64,000 nucleotides of DNA from Mobula hypostoma (GCF_963921235.1 NC_086109.1:17486001-17550000); one strand, 5' to 3'; counted from the stretch's first letter, positions 49,216-61,504 are shown. The notes: generated by a model from the letters alone, not told the origin. Made by a program: numbers and translations.

Positions 49216-50096
49216 GTCTACGTCCACACTAGACCGGATAAATCCGTAACCGAAGCTTTTTCTCTTCGTTTTGACCCTTCGTCCACACTGAAACGGCGTT
49301 TTCCTCCCCCGAAAACGAAGCTTTTCAGAAATGCTCTCCAGAGCAAATAAATCTGAAAACGCCTAATATCCAGCGTAGTGTGTACGGGGTAACCGGCTAT
49401 TTTTAAAACCGCTGTCAGGACGTGCCGGAACAAATGGTGGCGGCAGTGCGGCATCTCATTGTTTTCTTGAATGCAACCTCCAACACCACAACAATATCTG
49501 ACAATAGATGTGTAACAGCCTAATGTAACATTTTATGGAAGTACAAGATAACACTGATGCAGACATGTTTTATACATTTAACAAGGTGCTTTATTAATGT
49601 ATTGCTTGTGCAAACATTCAATAGATGCAATTGTCACTTTTGCCCAGTAACTCATTTTATTGCACATGTTAAATACAGCAAATTAATACACAAAGATATG
49701 GTAACAGTAAAGGCAAACAAATGAGGTAACAGCAAATTTCACTTTTGCCCAGTAACAAGCCTTATTGCATTTAGTTGTAACTGTTGTCCCTTTCATCAGT
49801 GAAGAGACTATGGCTGTAGGAAATGTTTCTGGACAAACGTGCACCAAGTCTTTCGTTTGGCAATTTCCTTTTAAGTTTTTCTAGCCTGTAACTGGACAAT
49901 TGCATACCAAGTATACCGTTTCCTCTTCGCTTGTTTTCTGTTGATGTGTCCTGCGCATGCCCAGTAGGATGAGATTCGCCCAAATATCCGTTTTAATGTG
50001 GACAGAGACATTTTCAAAAACGCCTGGTGTGGACACCTATTATTTTTACGTGAAACTGGCGTTTTCAAAATTATCCACTCTAGTGTGGACATAGCC
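49216..50096. mobile_element. PIF/Harbinger-type MITE with TGA TSD
   Basis: TIRs GTCTACGTCCACACTAGA / TCTAGTGTGGACATAGCC; TGA on both flanks (49213-15, 50097-99); subterminal gtccacact/gtgtggac repeats. Confidence 0.88.
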
Positions 50097-50551
50097 TGAG
50101 ACATGTTAAGGTGAGAAATCAGAAGGAAGAGAAAATCTGCAGATGCTGGAAATCCAAGCAGCTCACACCCTCTTTGGGTAAAAGTACAATTGACATTTCG
50201 GGCCAAGACCCTTCTGTATGTCGACTACTTTTTTTCATAGATGCTGCCTGGCCTGCTGAGTTCCTCCAGCATTTTGTGTGTGTGTTGCGTGTAAAGGAGA
50301 GATTATTTGCAGAACACCGCAGCCTGTGTTCCTCTGCCGTCTGTTCGGAGGCAACAGGATAATGTGGGCGTATTGCTCATGGCTGAGCTAGACTGTACAC
50401 AACATCACCGCCTGCTTCAACTTTATTCATCTGAATCATTCTTTATTACTTAATTGTGGCAACACACACAAAATGCTGGAGGACATCAGTAGGCCAGGCA
50501 GCATCTATGGAAAGGAATAAGCAGTCGACGTTTTGGGCCAACCAAGACACT

Positions 50552-51068
50552 TCGTTAGGATCTCCTGTACCTAATAAAGTGGCTACCGAATGTATGTGGA
50601 CATCTGCTGTTGTAGCCCAATCCATTTCAAGGATCAACATGTTATGCATTCAGAGATGCTCTTCTGCCACCACTGTTGTAACGCGTGGTTATTTGGGTTA
50701 CTGTTGCCTTCCTGTCTGCTTGAACCAGTCCGGCCATTCTCCTCTGACCTCTCTCATTAACAAGGCATTTTTGCCCACAGAATGGATATTTTTTTTTTGT
50801 TTTTCACACTATTCTCTGAATGCTAAAGACTGCTATATATGAAAATCCTAGGAGATCAGCAGTTTCTGAGATACTCAAACCACCCAGTCTGGCACCATCA
50901 TTGCACAATCTAAATTACTTAGATCAATTTTCTTTCCCATTCAAATGTTTAGTCTCTGAACTGAACCTCTTAACCATGTCTGCATGCTTTTATGCTTTGA
51001 GTTGCTGCCACATGATTGGCTGCTTAGATATTTCCACTAATGTACCTAAAAGAGAGGTCACCTGAGTG
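50552..51068 (-). mobile_element. Tc1-like non-autonomous remnant (uninterrupted version of 21730-23354)
   Basis: tgtacctaataaagtggc TIR; ggagatcagcagtttctgagatactcaaaccacc is GLSISETADLL on the minus strand. Confidence 0.85.
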
Positions 51069-52219
51069 TATAAAGAGTTGCCATTATTGCATGCAATCCA
51101 GTAACAAACAGTAAAAAAAAAGTTGATACAGTACTAGCAAAGCTAGTCAGTAGTTTAAAAGTTTAAATGAAGTGTCAAAGTCCCAAAGAGCTAACAATTC
51201 AAATTTGACTCTAATTATATGCTTATAAGAATTATGAAAACAAGTAGCTAGCTTAGTAATTCAAGCAGCAGGTACACCCAGCAATATTTCACTCCGACTT
51301 GACTGGCAGAAAACCATAACGAAACAAAAGCCTGAGGAAAAATCCAAGCTATTAAAAATACATATCGATAATGCACTTTTGATGGGTTCCTGTCACGTAC
51401 TCAAACGCGAAGGGAGGTACAGCGATCGGGATGAAGGAGGAGTTGTTAGGCCTTGTAAAACTGTGCGTGCAATAATGGTGATTTATGGTTAAGGTAAAAG
51501 ATTATCATATGAAAAGAGAAACCACAAGGTGATGTTTAAGAGTTTAGCAATCCTACTAGATTATTGCTTCCTCATCAGTTATATCATTGGTCATTGTGAT
51601 ATGATGAATTTCCTGCAACAGCGCAGACAGACAATCTACCTTCAGAACAATGATTTTCATTCAATACTCCTACATTTCAAGACTCTAATCTTGACATTGA
51701 TTGTCTCTATCAGAAATCAATAGTTAGATCATTACAAATATTTGTGTGGCATTCCCTGGATTTACTGAAGATTAAGGTATGATTTGATTGAGAATTTTAA
51801 GGCAATGAAAGGAATTGACTTGGGAGAAAAAGCTTTTTGACTTCAGGAGGGTCCAGAGCAAAAGGGATTGAAATCTAAACCAGGCTTTATGAGGAAGAAA
51901 TTAGGAAGCAGTTCTTGCAGCACAGGTTGGCAGATTTGAACATCTGTTTCCTATGAAAGGAATCTGATTCTGGCTCAATCAATAAACCAAAAATTAATAG
52001 ATTTGATACATGCATAAAAATGTATGGAAGCAAGACATGTGAATGTACAAGTGGCTAAGTGGATGATGTTACGAACGTCAGTCCAACCTCACGGAAACAC
52101 TGAGAGGCTCGAAGAGCGGAATGACTGTTCCTATATATCATATGCAGTAGAAACAGAAACACAATCACTCGAGTTGAGTAGGATGTTCTCCAAAAGGGGT
52201 GAGTATTGAAAAGTCCTCA

Positions 52220-52630
52220 GGTAGCTGTAGGATCACATCGCTCCAGGATCCACATGTTCTGGGATGTTAGGGTAGAGTCCCTCAATGGAGAACAATTGTG
52301 TGTGACGTTGTTTAATGTGGGAAGGCTGATGCACGGGCAGCCACCACACAGTCCTTGACAGATTAGGGTCAGGGTCCAGTGGCCTGGAACACAAGACAGT
52401 TAGGGACCCTCACTGCTGCAGCTCTCCTCCACCTTCACTACCACTGTGATACGTCATCATCTTCTGCCATCTCCAGCGCTGTGGTCTTGGTTGGATTGCT
52501 CTTCGCTTAGAACCTTCCTCTTGACCTGACCGCCAAGGGTGACCTTACCAGGAGTTCAGCACCAAATGGCTGATCTCCAAATGGCATTGCTTTCTGGATT
52601 TCAGGAACTCACGAGGTGACGGTCCTTGGA
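52220..52630 (-). mobile_element. Old RTE-derived non-autonomous element
   Basis: gggtgaccttaccaggag and agggtccagtggc.tggaa motifs recalled from RTE/Expander 5' UTRs. Confidence 0.55.
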
Positions 52631-52868
52631 GAAGTTCCTTTATCAGAGTATATTTCATCAGCAGTATCATTAAATACCCGGATATGCTGCTCTAATGTTT
52701 GTTTTTGATTTCAACCATATTATTGCTTAGGTAGCATTAGTGACCATGTAAATAGAAATCAAAAAAACAAAACTGCAAGCGTTGAAAATCTGAAATAAAA
52801 TCAGCAAATGCTGGAAACATCCAGCAAGTGAGACAGCATCTGCTGAAAGAGAAACAAAGTTCAAAGTA

Positions 52869-53165
52869 TAAAAGTCTTAGTTAGTCTTGTGAGACCATGG
52901 ATCTGCGCCTGGAAATTCTTCACTCTCCAGGGTGCAGGCCTGGGCAAGGTTGTATGGAAGACCAGCAGTTGCCAATGCTGCAAGTCTCCCCTCTCCATGA
53001 CACCGATGTTGTCCAAGGGCCGATACAGCTTGGCACCAGTGTCGTCACAGAGCAATGTGTGGTTAACTGCCTTGCTCAAGGACACAACACGTAGCCTTGG
53101 CTGGGGCTTGAACTCACGACCTTCAGGTCACTAGTTGAATGCCTTAACCTCTTGACCACATGCCC
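52869..53165 (-). mobile_element. tRNA-headed SINE with V/CORE-like middle and RTE-derived 3' part; 15-bp TSD
   Basis: TSD ACAAAGTTCAAAGTA at 52854-52868 and 53166-53180; B box GTTCAAGCC; gtgttgtgtccttgagcaaggca middle. Confidence 0.88.
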
Positions 53166-53710
53166 ACAAAGTTCAAAGTACCTATACATTTATTATCAAA
53201 GTATGTATACAATATGCAGCCTTGAGACTGGTCTTCTAACAGGCAGCCACAAAACAAAGAAACCCAAAAGAACTGATTTTTAAATAGACCATTGAAAACC
53301 GAATCTGCAGAGAGAGGAAAAAAAACAAATCAGCAAACAATAAATGCAAGCAAATCATGTTCTCAATTGAAATCCACAAACAGAGTCCTGTCCACAAATC
53401 CATCGTTCAGCACAACATCATGGAGCAGCGAGCTGAACTGGCCTATCCTTCGCTTCAGGCCCCAACACTCTAACCTTTACAATCTGGTCCGGAGCTAAAG
53501 TCATCATCCGAACATCAGGTTCAGTTGCTTTGATACACTCTGTGGCCTGAACCCTGACACTTCTATTCTGCCTGTACTTGACCTTTCCAATTCAGCACAG
53601 CGCTTAAATCGATTGAACCTCAGGTCTTCCTCGCTCTCAGTGACAGGCCCGCTGCCTCACCTCATCTCAGTTCTGCCGCATCAAATTGCCTCCAAGTCCA
53701 AAGGGAAGTT

Positions 53711-55747
53711 GCCTCAGCTGTCATGGACTTTATTTGAAAATGCACGGAGGTCTGTATGTCTCGCAAGATGATTCGGGTATTCCCTAACCGGAAACCTTGG
53801 ATGAATTATGAGGTCAAGTCCCTTTTGAAGGCTAGAGCTGCGGCTTTTAGGTCCGGGGATACCAGTCGCTACACGGAATCCAGGCATGAACTCTGGAAAG
53901 CCATTAAGGGCGCCAAGAGGCAATATCAAGCCAAGTTGGAAGCCCAGGCTAACCAGAGGGATGCCAGTAGACTATGGCAGGATCTAAATGAGATCACTGG
54001 GCACAAAGAAAAGGCTGGGAATATCAATAACTGTGGTGCTTCTCTTCCTGACGAACTTAACGTATTCTATGCAAGATACGAACAGAAGAGAAGCGTCCCA
54101 CTCCCTCCAGATGAACCGGACCTGGTGGCATCGAGATTCATCGTCACAAAGGAGGACGTTAGAAGGGCCTTCCTGAAGATAAATCCAAGGAAGGCGACGG
54201 GCCCAGATGGCGTCCCGGGATGGGTTCTCCAGGCCTGTGCAAGCGAGCTAGCTGGAGTGTTTGCTGACATCTTCAACTGCTCCTTGCTTCAGTCTAAGAT
54301 CCCCTCATGTTTTAAGAAGGCAACGATAATCCCAGTGCCGAAGAAGAGCAAAGTGGCATGCCTGAATGACTATCGACCTGTGGCTCTGACATCAATTGCT
54401 ATGAAGTGCTTTGAGCAATTGGTTACGCCACACATCAGCCACAGCCTACCGGTCAACCTCAATGCTTTGCAATTCACCTACTGGAGTAACAGGTCAATGG
54501 CAGATGCCATCTCTCTGGCCCTACATTCCTCCTTAGAACACCTGGAGAATAAAGATGTATACGTAAGGCTCCTTTTCATTGACTACAGCTCTGCCTTTAA
54601 TACCATCATTCCAAATAAACTGATTCCTAAGCTCCGGAACCTGGGCCTTAGCACTCAGATCTGCAGCTGGATCTTCAACTTCCTCACAGACAGGACCCAG
54701 GCTGTAAAAATAGAGGACAAGCTCTCCTCTACAATCACTCTGAGCACCGGTGCCCCACAAGGCTGTGTACTCAGCCCCCTGCTGTACTCACTGTACACCC
54801 ATGATTGTGTAGCCAAGTTTCCATCAAACTCAATATATAAGTTTGCTGATGACACAACAATTGTAGGCCGTATCTCGGGTAATGATGAGTTTGAGTACAG
54901 CGAGGAAATTAAGAACCTGGTGGCATGGTGTGAAGACAATAACCTATCCCTCAACGTCAGCAAGATGAAGAAACTGGTTGTTGACTTCAGAAGGAGTAGC
55001 AGACCGCATGACCCAATTTGTGGTGCACAAGTGGAACAGGTCAAAAGCTTTAAGTTCCTCGGAGTCAATATCACAAATGACCTGACTTGGTCCAACCAAG
55101 CAGAGTCCACTGCCAAGAAGGCCCACCAGCACCTTTACTTCCTGAGAAAACTAAAGAAATTTGTCCTGTCCCCAAAAACCCTCACTAATTTTTATAGATG
55201 CACTGTAGAAAGCATTCTTCTAGGGTGCATCACAACCTGGCATGGAAGTTGTCCTGTCCAAGACCGGAAGAAGCTGCAGAAGATCGTGAACACGGCGCAG
55301 CACATCACACAAACCAATCTTCCATTCTTGGACTCACTTTACATCGCACGCTGTCGGAGCAGTGCTGCCAGGATAATCAAGGACACGACCCACCGAGCCA
55401 ACACACTTTTTGTCCCTCTTCCCTCCGGGAGAAGGCTCAGGAGCTTGAAGACTCGTACAGCCAGATTCAGGAACAGCTTCTTTCTAACTGTGATAAGACT
55501 GCTGAACGGATCCTGACCCAGATCTGGGCCGTACCCTCCAAATATCCGGACCTGCATCTCGGTTTTTTTGCACTAAATTACTTTCTATTTTTCTATTTTC
55601 TATTTATGATTTATAATTAAAATTTTTAACATTTACTATTGAATTGTAATCCAGGGAGCGGGAAGCGCAGAATCAAATATCGCTATGATGATTGTACATT
55701 CTAGTATCAGTTGTTTGGCGACAATAAAGTATAAAGTATGAAGTATA
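53711..55747 (+). mobile_element. Rex1/Babar LINE, 5'-truncated, young
   Basis: Inserted into a minus-strand non-autonomous element with AAGTT duplicated (53706-10, 55748-52); (AAAGTAT)n tail. Confidence 0.95.
53756..55516 (+). CDS. Rex1/Babar reverse transcriptase ORF (586 aa; endonuclease lost by truncation)
   Basis: [57 protein letters not shown]; no internal stops. TE-encoded; expression unproven. Confidence 0.85.
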   Translation: MSRKMIRVFPNRKPWMNYEVKSLLKARAAAFRSGDTSRYTESRHELWKAIKGAKRQYQAKLEAQANQRDASRLWQDLNEITGHKEKAGNINNCGASLPDELNVFYARYEQKRSVPLPPDEPDLVASRFIVTKEDVRRAFLKINPRKATGPDGVPGWVLQACASELAGVFADIFNCSLLQSKIPSCFKKATIIPVPKKSKVACLNDYRPVALTSIAMKCFEQLVTPHISHSLPVNLNALQFTYWSNRSMADAISLALHSSLEHLENKDVYVRLLFIDYSSAFNTIIPNKLIPKLRNLGLSTQICSWIFNFLTDRTQAVKIEDKLSSTITLSTGAPQGCVLSPLLYSLYTHDCVAKFPSNSIYKFADDTTIVGRISGNDEFEYSEEIKNLVAWCEDNNLSLNVSKMKKLVVDFRRSSRPHDPICGAQVEQVKSFKFLGVNITNDLTWSNQAESTAKKAHQHLYFLRKLKKFVLSPKTLTNFYRCTVESILLGCITTWHGSCPVQDRKKLQKIVNTAQHITQTNLPFLDSLYIARCRSSAARIIKDTTHRANTLFVPLPSGRRLRSLKTRTARFRNSFFLTVIRLLNGS

Positions 55748-56213
55748 AAGTTACAGGCTATTGTTTGTGGTGATCGTTTACCAGAAAAAGAGTCATTAAC
55801 CAAGTATTTAGTTGTTTTCGTTGTTTTGTTGGCTACCAGCCAGAAGTTGCTGATATTCATCAGTGCCATCTTAAACCATTTTAGGTTTTGAACCTTTATT
55901 TGAATAACAGTGACCATATAATTGTCAGTAAATGTGGGATGATTGAGAGAGACATGATAAATTATTATGGAAATGTCACCTTAATGTATCCCACAAGAAT
56001 TTCCCAATGCACTTCACTTCACGCATGCTTCAAATAACATTTGCAATGTAACGACTGATTTGTGTAGGTTATTGTGTGGGGTTTGAGCAACACTTTACAC
56101 CTGAAATTCTGACTTCTCCATTGAAATCTGATGGACCTGCCACTTGCTAGGTTGGATTTATTTGGTAACAGGCTCTTTCGGCCCAATGACTCCGTGCTGT
56201 GCAATTATGTCTG

Positions 56214-56253
56214 ACAGTCCCGATGAAGGGTCTCGGCCTGAAACGTTGACTGT
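56214..56253 (+). ncRNA. Minimal hammerhead motif at the start of a short PLE terminus (56214-56355) nested in a SINE
   Basis: ACAGUC CCGAUGA agg-gucucgg-ccu GAAAC GUU GACUGU; 6-bp stem I, one core change (U4 to C). Confidence 0.7.
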
Positions 56254-57234
56254 TTATTTCTTTCCATGGATGCTGCCTGAGCTGCTGAGTCCCACCAGCG
56301 CTTTGTGTTTGTTGCTCTGGATTTGCAGGCATCTGCGGAATCTCTTCCGCTCGTGATCAATTAACCTACTTAACTGTAAGTCTTTGAACTGTGGGAGGAA
56401 ACCAGGTCAATGGGAGGGAGCCCACACGGTCACAGGAAGAACGTAAAAACTCCTTACAGACTGAGGCAAAATTGAGTCCGGGTCACTGTTGCTGTATTGG
56501 CGAAGGAACGTAACTGCAATCAGAGGGTTAAAGAGGGACTGAACAGGGTGTCAATTTAAACGTTTCCCCTTTCATCTCTGGAACACAGGTTCAAACCCAG
56601 CCATGTCACCAGAGCCTAAAAAGACAGGAGAAGAAAGAACTGCTTTTGTTTAACACCTTTCTTCGCCACAGATCAGCAAAAAATGCATTCTGGCCAATTA
56701 ACCGCTTTTGAAGTGTGGTCACTCTTCTATTTATGCCCTGTCAGGGCCCAGAAGGAGCAATGAGATAATGACCAGGTAATCTGATTTTTAGTGGCTTGTG
56801 AAGAGATAAAACTTAGCCAAGACATCAGTGAGAAATCTCTTGTTCTTCTTTGAAATTGCTGCATTGGATCCACTTGAGAGAGCCTAATGTCTCATCAGAT
56901 AGGCATCTCGACAGTGAAGCATACTTAGTGCTGATGTGGGGTGGATTATGTGCTCGAGTCTTGGTGTAGAGCTGTGAACTCACAACCTTATGACAGCCTT
57001 AAGTGTTCCACTAATTTGGCAGCCTCATTCAGAAGAGCTCTTGTGGGAAATAGAAAAGTAGCCTTTTGGATTCTCTTCTGAGCTTGGACCTGAAGCTTGT
57101 AGCCTGCTGAAGCATAATCGCATTGCATGACAACTTAAGCTAACTACGCTGTGAAGTACTGAGGGAGATCCGTTTCTCCTCTCAGCTAGATGTAAAATAT
57201 TGCATGGCATTATCTTGGAGGAGAATTCACTCGG

Positions 57235-58500
57235 GTGGAGCAGAGGGACTTTGGAGTGCAGGTACATGGTTCCCCGAAAATGGGGTTTCACCTGGTCAGG
57301 ATGGTGAAGAAGGATTTTGGTGTGTTGGCCTTCACCGGTCATAGTACTGAGAAATGATGTTGGGAAGTTATGATGCAGTTATACAGGATACGGGTGAGAC
57401 CACTCTTGGAGTAATCTGTTCGGTTTTATTCACCTTGCTGTAGGAAAGGTGCTATTAAATTGGAAATGGGGCAGAAAACATTTCCAAGGATGTTGTCAGG
57501 TTTGAGGGTCTGAGTTCTACAGAGAGTCTGGGCAGGTTAGGACTTTATTCCTTGGAGCTTGGGAGATTGAGGGGGGTGATCTTACAGGGAGGTGTGTAAC
57601 ATCATGAGGGACATAGATAGGGTGAATGCACTCGGTCTATTTCCCAGGGCTGGGGGATCAAGAAGAGGGCATTGATTTAAAGTTAGAGGGGAGAGATTTA
57701 ATAGGAACCTGAGCAACAAAACTTTTACATGGAGGGTGGTATATATGTGGAATGAGTAGCTGGAGGAAGAGCTTGCGGCAGGCACAATAACAACTTTTCA
57801 AAGACGGAAAGATTTAAAAAGTTATGGGCCAAACTCTGGCAAATTTTCAGGTCTTAAGGTTGTTATAGCCAAAGGTGGTAGTGGGGATAAGCTCCCACTA
57901 CCTATTAAACGCTCCCAGTGGTGTGCAACTCAAATAGCCTCTGACAACCAAGTCCAGCTCCTGGCCTTCACCTGTGACTTAGCTATTAAGCCCGGTGGAA
58001 CCGTTTCGACTGACAGGAGGAGGAGCAAAGGCAGGTTACTGGTGCCTTAAAACAAGTCACTTCGGGCAGATGGAGCTCGTCAGCCGTGGTTGACAGCTCT
58101 TCTAGGAGAAGGAAAACTCTGATCTCCAACCTCCGCTGCCTTGCGGCTACACCCTCTCGTGGGGAAGGCATCGGGAGTAAACCCGGAGAGGAAAATCCAG
58201 AGCTGGGGCCCCTAAGGCAGTCCTACGTTGAGTTCAATGCATCTGGTACCTCCTCCAATGCTGCTGTTCCTTTGGGTTCATCAGATGCATGGAGAGGGGA
58301 AGGTTGATTCACGGGTAACATCTTGCTCTGCAAATCATAGTGCCCTGGCTTGCATATGTAGACAGCTGGGACACAACATCCATAGTTGACCCTGGCTGAT
58401 GGAGACCTCAAAATGCTGGCAAAAAAGATTAGCTTGGATGGACACCTTGGTCAACTGGGACCGGCTGGGCCAAAGGCCCTGCTCCCATGTTCTAAGACTC
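57235..58500 (+). mobile_element. Old CR1 LINE interrupted by an RTE-derived element
   Basis: gtgagaccactcttggagta (VRPLLE) and gagattgaggggggtgat remnants. Confidence 0.8.
57850..58410 (+). mobile_element. Non-autonomous RTE-derived element
   Basis: ctaggagaaggaaaactctga motif of RTE 5' UTRs; degenerate TSD ..ctggcaaa; second copy at 28813-29401. Confidence 0.8.
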
Positions 58501-59359
58501 TATGGTATTTCAGCCAATATTTATCCAGAAGCCAGCAGCAGTAATAGATTTAACAGGCTGAATGGCCAAGTCAAGTGCAATAACAATTACCTGGTTCAAT
58601 GACTTTCTGGTTATTATGACATTCCTGGGAGCTAGCTGTGTTGCTTTGTATCAGTGGCTACATTTCAAAGAGAAGGCATTGTCTACAGAGTGCTCCCGTA
58701 CGATCTGAGAGCTTGAAAGCACTGCAGATATGCAGGTTTTTCCTCTACATTGGCTCCAGGCTTTGTCAATGCTGACAGGACGCTTGAAATGAGATTGTTT
58801 CAATTCCCAGCACTAACACCCATGAGGCAAACAGTAATTAAATAAAGGGAGCAGTACCACTCTGACTCATTATATTTTAAAATGTGACCTATTTTGATTT
58901 TAGAAGATAAAAGTGACATTGAACCGAGTCCCTTTGATCAGAGTCTCAGAATTTCCTGCTCAAGGATGACCCTGCTCAGAACAATGACCTTAAAAGAGAT
59001 GGTTACTGCCATGAAACAGTCACCTGCTCAAACCTGCCAGCAGTTCCCGGAGATAAGAGTCCATGAATAAAACAATTCAGTATTTGCATCAAACATTGCC
59101 TTGTTATTTTGAATATCTTAACAAGCAACTACCTGGAAGAACGTTGCCGGATGAAGACCAATAAGGTGCAGTAGGAACTGAAAGTTTTTGATTAGGCAGT
59201 ACTAGAGAAGAGGACAGTTGAGGACAATGTTGATCTTTCTTTATTGCTTTGTTTTGATGCCTTTGCCTGAGCAGTGCTGGAGAATTTACAGCCGGAACCA
59301 GTGAACATTGTTTCACTTGTGTTTTTTAAAACCGATCCCATTCACTCTTTGATCATAAT

Positions 59360-60110
59360 CAAAGAACTGATTGTGGACTTCAGAAAGGGCAAGATGAGGG
59401 AACACATACCAGTCCTCATCGAGGGATCAGAAAAAGAAAGGGCGAGCAATTTCAAGTTCCTGGGAATCAGTATCTCTAAGGATCTAACCTGGACCCAACA
59501 TATCGATGCAGCTCCAAAAAGGCATGACAGTGGCTATATTTTGTCAAGAGCTTCAGGAGATTCGGTTTATCACCTAAGACACGCTCAAATTTTTACGGAT
59601 GTTTGTGGAAAGCATTCTTACTGGCTGCATCACTGTCTGGTATGGGGATGGGGGATGGTACTACACAGCAGCAAAATATGCTGCAGAGAGTTGTAAACTT
59701 AGTCAACTCCATCATGGGCACTAGCATCTGTAGTACCCAGGACGGCTTCAAGGAGGGATGCTTCAAAAAGGCAGCATCCATCATTAAGGACGCCCATCAC
59801 CCAGGTCATGCCTTGTTCTCATTGTTACCATTAGGAAGGAGGTACAGAAGCCTGAAGGCACACACTCAACAATCAGGAACAGCCTCTCCCCCTCTCCCAT
59901 CCAATTTCTGAATGGACATTGAATTCATGAACACTACCTCACTACCTTTTACTTCTATTTTTGCACTACTTGTTTAACTATTTAATATAAATACTTACTG
60001 TAATGCACAGTTTTTTCTCTATTATTATGTATTTCATAGTACTGCTGCTGCCAAGACAACAAATTTCATGACATATGCTGGTGATATTAAACCTGACTCT
60101 GAATCTGATC
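59360..60110 (+). mobile_element. Rex1/Babar 3' fragment
   Basis: KELIVDFRKG, KKAASIIKDAHHPGHALFSLLPLGRRYRSLKAHT; tail aaacctgactctgaatctga. Confidence 0.92.
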
Positions 60111-60293
60111 CTAATGGGGTGACCTTCTGTCCCTTTTCTTCTCAACATGATTTTGGCAATGCTGCTTACCACTGAAGTAGATTATAACTTGCTTCTGCTC
60201 CCTGAATTAAAAGGATTTTTCTGAAACTCCTTTTGGTAATATTGGTAACTTTGATTCAGATCATCCTTGGCCCATCCTGACCTTTGCACTTAC

Positions 60294-60458
60294 CTTCTGC
60301 TTGATCCCTCTGGACTTCACACCCATGTGACCTCTCAACTCCAAGGCTTTGCCGGCATGACTCTCCATGAACAATGAAGAAATCTCAGGGAGTGCTAACC
60401 GTACGATCAGCTCAACAATCTTTGTACACAGATTACGTTTCCTAGTCTGTAAATGTTC
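60294..60458 (-). other. Candidate orphan exon (165 nt)
   Basis: Acceptor ttctgatcttcag|G, donor AAG|GTAAGT, length divisible by 3, only phase 0 open; peptide not recognised. Confidence 0.35.
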
Positions 60459-60719
60459 CTGAAGATCAGAAGCATTTAAAATCAACAGAAGTGCATTAAA
60501 ATAATTAACAGAATCATTGAAAAGCAGATTCAATTTCATTTTGAGCTCCCACAACTGGCTCCCTCAGAGCAGGGATAGGACGAGAAGATCAGGCATAGAA
60601 GTTTGGTAGTATACTGATCCCAGCCATTGTTCCTCCACGCTGTTTTCCAGCATCTACATTCTGATCTTCTCACAAAGCACCTTGATCTGCAAGCAGTTCA
60701 TGAAACTACTTCTTTTACT

Positions 60720-61450
60720 TCTTCTTTCAAATAGGTTTCTACTCGTAAGCTGCGTGCGATTGGAGTCTGTGGTTTACTTCCTGAGGTTGTGCTTTTGGGC
60801 CATTTGAGTGATCCAGTGCTTTCCTGTCTCCAAGGGAGTTGGCTGAGGTTGGGAGTGGAGTGTGAGGCCTGGAGGTTCCTGATCGACTCCAATGCTTCTC
60901 GCCGATTGAAGGAGGTTGAAATCGCCGAGAATGAGAGCGGAGGGTAGGTGGGCGTTTGGCGCTGTCTGCATGTGTTTGACCAGTCCTGTTCTCCCTCTCG
61001 CTAGCTGTTGGAATGCAGGAGTTTTGAGTTCCATATTGCAAGGATTGATTTGTCGAGGTTCGTGGCTGTGGACTCGCTCTGGGGGACTTTGGGGTCATTG
61101 CTGCATGTGTTTCTGGATCTTTTTTTTCCCGCTGTTTTGAGCAGCTTGATTGGAGTGCTTCACTACAGGCTGGGGCGCTCCAGCAAAGACTGGCCCTGCG
61201 GCCTGCACTGCAGCACTGAACTGCACTAAACTGAATACTCCTGGTCTCCTGGTTTGATGTTTGATTCTCTCTGTGTCGTTCGTACGCTTTTTGCTATTTG
61301 CGCAATTTGTTCTTTTCTTGCGCATTGGCTGTTTGATGTTTTCTTTGAATGGGTTCCATGTGTTACTTTGTTTCATGACACCTGCAGGAAGGCAAACCTC
61401 AGAGCTATATTCTGTATATATACTTAGATAATAAATATACTTCCAACTTT
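60720..61450 (+). mobile_element. Non-autonomous non-coding element with Rex1-like tail
   Basis: 3' part (cactgaact..actaaactgaa.actcct, atgggttccatg) shared with 18190-18780(-); ends gataataaatatactt. Confidence 0.7.
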
Positions 61451-61504
61451 CCTAGCATTGCAGCACTGTTTTTTCATTCTTTGAATATATTTGTTTCTAC
61501 TGCA

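Noticed and set aside
55090..55260. ALKBH8-like (DUF1891) host gene
   Set aside because: KKA.Q.LYFLRKL is the standard Rex1/Babar post-RT region and lies inside a LINE with tail and TSD.
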